Assembly: GCA_963748815.1 (NCBI GenBank)
Contig: CAVVKJ010000010.1
Location: 1,119,367 to 1,183,366 of the forward strand
From: an uncultured Gemmatimonadales bacterium
GTDB taxonomy: Bacteria; Gemmatimonadota; Gemmatimonadetes; Gemmatimonadales; GWC2-71-9
Direction of reading: 5' to 3'
DNA: 64,000 bases
A program made the position numbers and the translations under genes. The notes beneath the pieces are model-generated. The model was not told the origin of the DNA. It saw only the letters and a list, made by a program, of their open reading frames with translations, and searched no databases. Position 1 is the stretch's first letter; each line of letters begins with the position of its first letter. Below, one piece after another: positions 55,394 to 64,000 of this stretch.

Positions 55394-58330
55394 ATGCCTT
55401 CGCTGACAGTCAACGGACAATCCGTGCCGATCGCCGAGGGCGATACCATCCTCGATGCGGCACGCGCGCACGGCGTGGAGATTCCCACCCTCTGCTGGTA
55501 CCCGAAGCTCCCCACCGTCGGGAACTGCCGCATCTGCCTCGTTTCCGTCGAGGGACAGAACAAGCTGCTCCCCGCCTGCGCCACGCCGGCCGCCGATGGC
55601 ATGGTGGTCGAGACCGAGAGCGCGGCCGCCGCCGACAACCGCCGCGGCGTGCTCGGCATGCTGCTGGAGCGCTATCCAGTGGAGCACATGCAGGGGAATG
55701 GCAACGCCCCTCGCCTCGCAACGAGTTCGAAGCGTACGTACAGCAGTACGAGGTGCCGTTCCCGACAGAACAACCACTCGGCCTGCGCGGGGGAGATACC
55801 AGGCCCGGCGATGTCATGATCCAGCATGACATGTCGCTCTGCATCCTCTGCACCCGCTGCGTCCGCGCCTGCGACGACATCCAGGAAGTCGGCGTCCTCG
55901 ACGTCGGCCAGCGCGGCCCGCACACCGAGATCATCGTCGGCGGCGACGGCGACCCGGACCACGCCGGCTGCACCTGGTGCGGCGAGTGCGTCCGGGTCTG
56001 TCCCACCGGCGCCATCTTCGAGGTGATTCCCCGCGAACGGTTCGGGGCGGAGGCGGTTCGCCATCCCGACACGGTCACGCGGTCGGTCTGCCCCTATTGC
56101 GGCGTCGGATGCCAGGTGGATCTCCACGTGAAGGACGGGGAGCTGGTGCGCGTCACGTCGCCCTGGATCGAGGAGAACACGCCGAACCAGGGCAGCACCT
56201 GCGTGAAGGGTCGGTTCGGCACCGACTACGCGCAGCATCGCGACCGGCTCACTGTCCCGCTGATCCGGAAGGGTTGGGTCCAGGAGGGGAACGACCTGGC
56301 GCTGGACGGGCGAGACGCCGAGACGCCGGGAGGGACCGTGGCAGACCATCGAGGAGATTGGCGGCGGCAGGAAGCCGCGCCCCCCGAAGCGCAGCGTCGG
56401 GAAGCCGCCCCAGACCGGCCTGCCGATCGTCGGCGACGGCGACGTGCGCGACAGGGCGACCACCCCGGCCGAATGGTACGACGCCTTCCGTGAGGCCACC
56501 TGGGAGGAGGCGATGAGCCTCACCGCCCAGGAACTTCTCCGCATCAAGACCCGGCACGGCCCCCGCGCCCTCGCCGCACTCTCCTCAGCCAAGTGCAGCA
56601 ACGAGGACAACTACCTCTTCATGCGGATGGTGCGCGGCGCCCTCGGCACCAACAGCGTGGATCACTGCACCCGCCTCTGTCACTCGACCTCGGTGTCCGC
56701 CATGAGCCGCGCCCTGAGCACCTCGGCGGCGTCAGGCTCGATGCGGGAAATCGAGGAGGCGTGCGACGTCATCTTCATCTCCGGCGCCAACGTCACCGAG
56801 AACCACCCAGTCTTCGGGGCACTCATCAAGCGGGCCGTGACCCGGGGCGCCAAGCTGGTGGTGGCCGACGTGCGGCGCACCGAACTCGCCGCCCTGGCCG
56901 ATGTGCACCTGCAGCTCCTTCCCGGCACCGACGTGGCGCTCTACAGCACCATGCTCAATCACATCCTGGGCAAGGGCCTCGAGAACAAGGAGTTCATTCG
57001 CACCCGCACGAAGGAGTTCGAGCAGGTGCGGGCCGCCGTGGCGCCCTACACGCTCGATGTCGGGCAGAAGCTCACCGGCGTGCCGGCCGCCCTGATCGCG
57101 CGGGCTGCCGAACTCTATGCAAGCGGACCAAACACCTCCACGCTCTGGGCCATGGGACTGACCCAGCACGCCACCGGCACCGACATCGTGGCGAGCCTGC
57201 TGAACCTGCTGCTGGCGTGCGGGATGATCGGCCGCTGGGGCGCGGCGATGCTGCCGATCCGCGGCCAGAACAACGTGCAGGGGGCCAGCGACGTCGGCGC
57301 GATCCCCTTCGCCTACACCGACTACCGCTCCGTCACGAATCCGGAAAACCGGGCCGACTACGCCAGGGCGTGGGGACTCCCCGAGGAGGCGCTCTCCCTC
57401 GAAAACGGCCTGATGGTGACGGAAATGACCAAGTCCGACAGCGGGGTTCGTGGCCTGTATATCATGGGAGAGAATCCCGTCATTTCCGACCCCGACGTGG
57501 CGCACGCGGAAGAATGGGTGCGCGGGCTCGAGTTTCTCGGCGTGCAGGACCTCTTCCTGACCGACACCGCGCGGTGGGCCGACGTGGTCCTCCCCGGATC
57601 CTCCTTCGCGGAGAAGGAGGGGACGTTCGCCAACACCGAGCGGCGGATCCAGCTCTCCTCTCCCGCCCTGGCGCCCCCCGGCCAGGCCCGGCGCGACCTC
57701 GATATCCTGATCGACTTGACCGAGCGCCTGGGTCTCAAGAGCGAGTACGCCGGTGCCGAAGCGGTGATGAAGGAGATCGCGTCGGTGACACCCTCCTGGG
57801 CCGGCCTCACCTACGAGGGCCTGCGCCAGCACAACTTCGGCCTCCAGTATCCGGTGCTGACGCCCGACTCCGACGGCACCGCGTTTCTCTTCGAGGACAA
57901 GTTCCCGACACCCGATGGCCGGGCGCTCTTCGTGCCGGTGGAGTTCCTGCCGCCCAACGAACTGCCCGATGCCGAGTACCCGTTCGTGATGGGCACCGGC
58001 CGGCAGATGTACCACTGGCACACGGGGACCATGACCCGCCGCTCGACCGGCCTGGACTCCCGTGAACCCGTGCCGACGGTGGAGATGCATCCGGAAGACG
58101 TGGCAGCACTCGGCGTGACCGACGGCGAGACCGTCCGCATCACCTCCCGCCGCGGGAGCATCCTGATCGGCGTGCGCGCGTCAGGCCGGCAGGCCCGCGG
58201 CCAGGTGTTCGTGCCGATGCACTACCGCGAGGCGGCGGCCAACCTGCTGACCAATCCGGCGCTGGATCCGTATGCGAAGATTGCAAGCTTCAAGGTGAGT
58301 GCGGTGAGAATTGAGAGGACTGGGGACTGA
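55394..58330 (+). CDS. Formate dehydrogenase alpha-like molybdopterin oxidoreductase with N-terminal Fe-S domains, apparent indels near 55710 and 56300
   Basis: IPTLC..GNCRICLV, CILCTRC, CGECVRVCP, CPYCGVGC, HCTRLCHS, RGQNNVQG, TGRQMYHWH. Confidence 0.9.
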
Positions 58331-58381
58331 GGACTGAGGACCGCTGTTATCTTCAGCAGAACTTTCCGAACGAAAGAGACT

Positions 58382-59428
58382 ATGCGCGCACTTGTCAAGA
58401 CCGCCCCCGGCATCGGCATGGAGCTGCGGGAGGTCCCCGTTCCCGCCTGCGGCCCCAACGACGTCCTCATCCGGGTGCACCACGCCGGCGTCTGCGGCAC
58501 CGACCTCCACATCTGGGAGTGGGACGCCTGGGCCAGCAACCGGCTCAAGCCACCGGTGGTGATCGGCCACGAGTTCGCCGGCGAGATCGAGAAGATGGGC
58601 CCGGAAGCCGAGGCGGAAGGACTGCTCGCACGTCGGCGACCTGGTCACCGCCGAGGGGCACATCATCTGCGGCCACTGCCTCCAGTGCCGCACCGGCAAC
58701 GGGCACCTCTGCCAGCGCACCTCGATCATCGGCGTGGACCGCGACGGCGCCTTCGCCGACTACATCGCGATGCCGGCCTCCAACGTGATGAAGCTGGACG
58801 GGATCCCCACCGATATCGGCGCCATCATGGACCCGATCGGCAACGCCGTCCACACCGTGCTCGAGGGGGATGCCGTCATCGGGAGCGCCGTGCTGGTGCT
58901 GGGCTGCGGCCCGATCGGCTGCTTCGCGGTGGGGGTGGCCCGCGCGGCCGGCGCCTCGCTGGTCATCGCCACCGACTTCAACGCCCAGCGGCTCGGCATC
59001 GCCGAAGCAGATGGGCGCCCACCGTCACCCTCGACCCGGCGACCGACGACGTCGTCGCGCGGGTGCGGGAACTCACCGGCGGCGACGGCGTGGACCTCGT
59101 CTGCGAGATGAGCGGCCACCCGGCCGGACATGCCCAGGCGTTCGCCGCGGCGCGTCTCGGCGGTCGCGTCAACCTCCTCGGCACGCCGAGCAAGACGACC
59201 GAGGTGAGCTTCGCGCGCGACATCATCTTCAAGGGACTGACGCTCTACGGCGTGACCGGCCGACGGATGTACCGCACCTGGATCGAGATGCAGCGCTTCC
59301 TCCGCGCCGGCCAGCTCGACCCGCGGCCCGTCGTCACCCACCGCTTCCCGCTCGAGCAGATCGCCGACGCCATCGCGGTCATCAAGGACGGGCAGGCGGG
59401 CAAGGTCATCCTGGAGATCGGCTCATGA
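58382..59428 (+). CDS. tdh: L-threonine 3-dehydrogenase, apparent indels
   Basis: CGTDLHIWEWD, IGHEFAG, GCGPIG, IIFKGL..GVTGR; adjacent to kbl. Confidence 0.92.
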   Translation: MRALVKTAPGIGMELREVPVPACGPNDVLIRVHHAGVCGTDLHIWEWDAWASNRLKPPVVIGHEFAGEIEKMGPEAEAEGLLARRRPGHRRGAHHLRPLPPVPHRQRAPLPAHLDHRRGPRRRLRRLHRDAGLQRDEAGRDPHRYRRHHGPDRQRRPHRARGGCRHRERRAGAGLRPDRLLRGGGGPRGRRLAGHRHRLQRPAARHRRSRWAPTVTLDPATDDVVARVRELTGGDGVDLVCEMSGHPAGHAQAFAAARLGGRVNLLGTPSKTTEVSFARDIIFKGLTLYGVTGRRMYRTWIEMQRFLRAGQLDPRPVVTHRFPLEQIADAIAVIKDGQAGKVILEIGS

Positions 59429-60625
59429 GCACCACCCTCGACACCCGGCTCCACGCCGAGCTGGCGCAGTTCAGGCCGACGGCGTCTACAAGACGCTCAA
59501 CCACCTCGCCAGCCCGCAGGCCGCGCGCGTGCGAGATGGAGGGACGCGGCGAGGTCATCATCCTCTCCTCCAACAACTATCTCGGACTGTCCAACGAGCC
59601 GACGGTGATGGCGGCGGGCAAGGCAGGCGCTCGACCAGTACGGCGCCGGCACCGGCTCGGTGCGCTTCATCTGCGGCACCTTCACGATCCACCGCGAGCT
59701 CGAGGCGGCCTGTGCCCGGCTGGTCGGCACCGAGGCGTCGCTCAGCTTCGTGAGCTGCTGGAACGCCAACGAGGCGGTGCCCGGCACGGTGCTCACCGAC
59801 GACGACCTCATCCTCTCCGACCAGCTCAACCACGCCTCGATCATCGACGGCCTGCGGCTGGCCAAGTCCATCACCAAGTGCCAGACCGGCGTCTACAAGC
59901 ACGGCGACCTCGCCGACCTCGACGCCAAGCTGGCCGCGGCCGCCGACCGCAAGGTGAAGATGGTGGTCACCGACGGCGTCTTCTCGATGGAGGGGGCGAT
60001 CGCCAAGCTCCCCGACATCGCCGCGATCTGCCGCAAGCACGGCGCGGTGCTCGTGGTGGACGACTCCCACGCGACCGGCGTGCTCGGCAAGACCGGCCGC
60101 GGCACCGCCGAGCATTTCGGGCTGGTGGGCGAGGTGGACATCATCACCTCGACCCTCGGCAAGGCGCTCGGCGGGGCGGCGGGCGGCTTCGTGGCCGGCA
60201 CCGCCGCGGTCTGCGATTACCTGACGCAACGCGCTCGGCCGCAGCTCTTCTCCAATGCCCTGCCGGCCACGGTGGCCGCGAGCGCGCTGGCCAGCATCGA
60301 GGTCCTCGAGGCAGCAGCCGGAGCGGGTCACCCGGCTCCGGGAGAACGCCCGCTACTTCCGGGAGCGGCTCCTCGAGCTCGGCTTCGCACCGCTGCCGGG
60401 CGATACGCCGATCGTCCCCGTCATTCTCGGCGAGACCGCGGCCGCCATCCGGATGAGCGAGATGCTGCTGGACGAGGGGGTCTTCGTGACCGGCTTCGGC
60501 TTCCCGGTGGTGCCGCAGGGCCAGGCCCGGGTCCGCTGCCAGGTCTCGGCGGCCCACACGCGGGCCGATCTGGACGAGGCCCTGGCGGCCTTCGAGAAGG
60601 TGGGACGAAGCTGGGGCTGATCTAG
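59425..60625 (+). CDS. kbl: Glycine C-acetyltransferase, apparent indels
   Basis: SSNNYLGL, VRFICGT, LNHASIIDG, DGVFSMEG, DDSHA, STLGKALGG. Confidence 0.92.
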
Positions 60626-60915
60626 CCCCCAACCCCAATCCCCAAGGCGTCTTGCAACCCCCCCGTCACCCTGCAAGTCGGTGCGCGGGTTCCCCCCGTC
60701 CCCCCCACCCCAGAGACGCTCCCAATCTGCCCGAGATGACCGAGGTCAACCCATTGGGGTCTAGTGTTTTAGGACGATCCTTCCTATCTTGGACAGGCCC
60801 CGTTCCTCACCCCCACGGCCGTGGGGGCAAGGAATTTGCCCGAAGGTGACACCAATCGCAGTGTCGTGACCGGTCCTTGGACCCCCTTGGGCCGATTCTT
60901 CCAGGAGGCAGACTG

Positions 60916-61578
60916 ATGCGTGTGCTCACCCGTGCCCTTGCGACGCTCGGCCTGGCAGCCCTTGCCGGCGCCACCGCGCTCAGCGCCCAGTCCGCTGGTG
61001 TGGGCGCGTATCGCTTCTACCTCGGCGCCTCCGGTGGTGCCATGAGCTTCGAGACCGAGAGCCAGTCCCGCGGCACCATCCCGATGTTCGGCGGGAACGC
61101 ACTGATCACCGCCAAGCGGGCCGCCCTCCTGATCGGGGTCGACATCGGTCTTGGCAGCAGCGAGAACGCCTCGATGTACGACGCGGTGGACACCACCTTC
61201 ACCCTCACCCGCGACGTCACCTTCGACAACATCAATCGCTACTACTTCATGCTGATGGCGTATCCGCTGAAGTCGCATATCCAGCCCTTCTTCGGGATCG
61301 GCTGGGGCATCCAGACGCTGTCGAACGTCCAGGTGCAGGGCACCTTCGCGGACAACTATGAGAAGGAACTCCAGCAGCAGCAGGCCGAAGACCTCGGCAG
61401 CACCGCCTACATGCAGTTCGTGGCGGGTCTCGAGATTCGGGTCGGCATCGTAAACGTCTTCGGCTCGCTCTCCGCGGCCACGGCCCCCAACAGCTACGAC
61501 CTGGTCAATCATTCGATCTATACAGGCCAGGCAGGCCTCCGGCTCAGCCTCGGCAAGTCGCGCGACGACATCGACTAG
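60916..61578 (+). CDS. Putative outer-membrane beta-barrel protein
   Basis: Signal peptide ending LSAQ; IQPFFGIGWG; amphipathic strands. Confidence 0.65.
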   Translation: MRVLTRALATLGLAALAGATALSAQSAGVGAYRFYLGASGGAMSFETESQSRGTIPMFGGNALITAKRAALLIGVDIGLGSSENASMYDAVDTTFTLTRDVTFDNINRYYFMLMAYPLKSHIQPFFGIGWGIQTLSNVQVQGTFADNYEKELQQQQAEDLGSTAYMQFVAGLEIRVGIVNVFGSLSAATAPNSYDLVNHSIYTGQAGLRLSLGKSRDDID

Positions 61579-61598
61579 GCAACTCAGCAGCGACACGC

Positions 61599-61637
61599 GA
61601 AACGGGCGCACCAGTCTGGTGCGCCCGTTTCTTTTTC
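61599..61637 (+). terminator. Intrinsic terminator
   Basis: GAAACGGGCGCACC...GGTGCGCCCGTTTC followed by TTTTT. Confidence 0.85.
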
Positions 61638-61691
61638 CCCTCTCCTCGCTGAAACCCCTCACCCCCAACCCCCTCTCCCCGGGAGAGCGGG

Positions 61692-62276
61692 CTAGCCGCG
61701 AGGCGCCGATCGAGACGCCCAGCGAGTGCCGCCCTCCACGAATCTCAGGGGCCAGTCCACGGCCCTGGTGATGCCGATCCTCGGAGTGGCCACCGGGGGC
61801 GCCAGGGCGTCGCCCTGGTAGATCCGGAGCACCGCACCGCGCATTGGCTGCTGATCGAGCGAGCGGGTGATGCCGAGGGCCTGGGTGAGCCGTCCGGGGC
61901 CGGCGGCGAGCAGCCGGTCGGCCACCCCTCCCCGCCGCCGGCGCATCGTCGGGAGGCCCTCCAGCGGCTCCACGGCGCGCAGCAGCACCGCCCCCTCGTT
62001 GGGGGTGCGGCCGGCCACCAGGTTGGCGCACCAGTGCACGCCGTAGGAGAGGTAGACGTACCAGGTGCCCGCTGGCCCGTAGAGCCCCTCGTTCTGGGCG
62101 TGGCGGCGGTTCTGGAAGCCGTGGGAGGCGGGGTCGCGCTGGCCAAGGTAGGCCTCCACCTCGACGATGCGCCCCGTGGTCCTCGTACCACGCACCGTCG
62201 ACACGATGACGGTGCCGATCAGCTCCCGCGCCACCACCTCGACGGGGCGGCGGAAAAAGGAAACGGGGAGTAACAT
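61692..62276 (-). CDS. mpg: 3-methyladenine DNA glycosylase (MPG/AAG family)
   Basis: GRIVEVEAY..DPASH, YVYLSYG, AVLLRA, GPGRL, PRIGI. Confidence 0.93.
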   Translation of the reverse strand: MLLPVSFFRRPVEVVARELIGTVIVSTVRGTRTTGRIVEVEAYLGQRDPASHGFQNRRHAQNEGLYGPAGTWYVYLSYGVHWCANLVAGRTPNEGAVLLRAVEPLEGLPTMRRRRGGVADRLLAAGPGRLTQALGITRSLDQQPMRGAVLRIYQGDALAPPVATPRIGITRAVDWPLRFVEGGTRWASRSAPRG

Positions 62277-62350
62277 TCGATGGCGTGCGACTTGCGTTCG
62301 CCCCTTGTTGGCCATTTCTGGATCGACCCTCTCCACCCCGAGCGCTCCTG

Positions 62351-64000
62351 ATGTGTGGAATCACCGGATTCTGGGGTCCTGGTTTTCGAGCCGAGGAAGC
62401 CGACCGGATCCTCGGTCAGATGACGGAGACAATCCGTCATCGCGGGCCAGACGACGAAGGATACTGGAACGACCCTGACCAGGGCGTCGCGCTGGGCCAT
62501 CGCCGACTCTCGATCCTGGACCTGAGTCCCGCCGGGCATCAGCCGATGATCTCCCGCGATGGGCGCTACGTCATCGTGTTCAACGGGGAAATCTACAACT
62601 TCGCCGAGTTGCGACGGCGACTCGTTGACGCTGGAGAGTCGTTCCGCGGACACAGCGATACTGAAGTCATGCTGGCCGCAATATCACGCTGGGGCCTCCT
62701 GGCTGCCGTCCAGTCGTTTGCAGGCCAATTCGCGTTCGCTCTCTGGAACCGGGAGTCGCATCAGCTCCACCTGGTGCGCGACAGACTTGGCGAGAAGCCT
62801 CTGTACTTTGGTCGGATGGGCCGGACGCTATTGTTCGGCTCCGAACTCAAGGCGCTGAGGGCCCACCCGGAGTGGCGCGGTTCGGTCGATCGTGAAGCGC
62901 TCACCCTCTACATGCGGCACGGATGTGTGCCGGCCCCGTACTCCATTTATGAAGGCGTCTCCAAGGTCGAGCCAGCCAGCATCGTGACCGTGTTCGCGGA
63001 TGGCATGGTCGAGTCCGCCCGCTACTGGGTCTTTGAGGATGTCGTCCGGCAAGGACGAGCAAACCCCCTGGATGGCAGTGACTCCGAGATCATCGACCAG
63101 GTGGAGCAGGGGCTGCGTGCGGCCGTCAGCGAGCAGATGGTCGCCGATGTCCCGGTCGGCGCATTTCTCTCCGGAGGCATCGACTCCTCGGTCATCGTCG
63201 CGCTGATGCAGGCCCAGAGCGCTCAGCGGGTCCGCACATTCACGATCGGATTTCACGAGGGGGCGTACGACGAAGCCGTGCACGCCAGGGCGGTCGCGGA
63301 TCACCTGGGGACGGACCACACAGAGCTCTACATCAGCCCGGGTGAGGCCCGCTCGGTCATTCCCCTGCTTCCCGCAATGTTCGACGAGCCACTCGCCGAC
63401 TCCTCCCAAATTCCCACGTTCCTAGTCGCGCAACTTGCGAGGCAGCATGTCACCGTTTCGCTCAGCGGCGACGGCGGGGATGAACTCTTCGGCGGCTACT
63501 ATCGATATTTCATGGGTGATCGACTGTGGCGCGCCCTGAGCCCCATGCCTGCCTGGCTGCGCGGATTCGGCGCATCGGCGGCTCTGGCGGTGCCGCCCAA
63601 CTTGTGGGACTCGGTGGCCGGAGGCATCCAGTCCGCCATCCCGGGCATCAAGCGGACTCCCCGACTCGGCGAGAGGATCCACAAGCTCGCGACGGTGGCG
63701 GCAGCCGAGGACGCCCCGGATTTCTATCGCGCCATGGTGTCCTACTGGCAACGGCCGGAAGAGGTTGTGCGAGGTGGTCACGAACCGGCGACCATCTTGA
63801 CCAGGGACCGCGCGCTCATGGAAGCACTTCCGACCGTCGAGCAGATGATGTACTTCGATGCGCGGAGCTACCTGCCAGACGACATCCTGGCCAAAGTCGA
63901 CCGGGCCACGATGGCGGTGAGCCTCGAATCGCGGGCACCGCTCCTCGACCATCGAGTGGTCGAGTTGGGCTGGCGCGTGCCCATGTCGTTGAAAGTGCGG
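62351..64000 (+). CDS. asnB: Glutamine-hydrolysing asparagine synthase, truncated by the window end; absent from the ORF track
   Basis: MCGITG, HRGPD, HRRLSILD, FNGEIYN, SDTEV, LSGGIDSS, SGDGGDELFGGY. Confidence 0.93.
   Translation, partial: MCGITGFWGPGFRAEEADRILGQMTETIRHRGPDDEGYWNDPDQGVALGHRRLSILDLSPAGHQPMISRDGRYVIVFNGEIYNFAELRRRLVDAGESFRGHSDTEVMLAAISRWGLLAAVQSFAGQFAFALWNRESHQLHLVRDRLGEKPLYFGRMGRTLLFGSELKALRAHPEWRGSVDREALTLYMRHGCVPAPYSIYEGVSKVEPASIVTVFADGMVESARYWVFEDVVRQGRANPLDGSDSEIIDQVEQGLRAAVSEQMVADVPVGAFLSGGIDSSVIVALMQAQSAQRVRTFTIGFHEGAYDEAVHARAVADHLGTDHTELYISPGEARSVIPLLPAMFDEPLADSSQIPTFLVAQLARQHVTVSLSGDGGDELFGGYYRYFMGDRLWRALSPMPAWLRGFGASAALAVPPNLWDSVAGGIQSAIPGIKRTPRLGERIHKLATVAAAEDAPDFYRAMVSYWQRPEEVVRGGHEPATILTRDRALMEALPTVEQMMYFDARSYLPDDILAKVDRATMAVSLESRAPLLDHRVVELGWRVPMSLKVR

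Noticed and set aside
56640..56700. Selenocysteine in the FDH-like protein
   Set aside because: The active-site codon is TGT (Cys), with no in-frame TGA
62351..64000. asnB homolog as a third lasso cyclase
   Set aside because: It retains the N-terminal Cys glutaminase domain (MCG) and canonical AsnB motifs, and no B1, B2 or precursor is adjacent within the window

Overview
This is a high-GC bacterial chromosome segment. Gene content and order suggest Gemmatimonadota, which is an inference and not verified. The backbone carries housekeeping genes: lemA/TPM, waaA, atpA-G-D-C without the F0 or delta genes, mlaE-F-D, a sigma70 factor, a 7-tRNA operon, rho, ruvX, mltG, thiE, an RlmI-type methyltransferase, sdpR/sdpI, a formate-dehydrogenase-like Mo protein, tdh-kbl, mpg and asnB. 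The main feature is two paralogous, oppositely oriented lasso-peptide clusters at about 22.4-30.0 kb (minus) and 47.0-54.1 kb (plus). Both have the order RRE(B1)-peptidase(B2)-cyclase(C)-precursor-kinase-ABC2 exporter-nucleotidyltransferase. Together they hold three short precursors that the ORF track does not call correctly. Each has a YxKPxL leader, a predicted Ile/Val1-Asp8 ring, a long tail with a Cys pair and a C-terminal Arg-Ser; two of the three need a 1-nt indel correction to read this way. Sigma54/IHF-type promoter signals precede both clusters, and a conserved hairpin precedes every precursor. Cluster 1 and two Ig-repeat/LamG-like lipoprotein genes are bracketed by a duplicated tRNA-operon terminator. 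Many genes, including essential ones, contain single-base indels that look like long-read errors. Several short intergenic repeat families are present.
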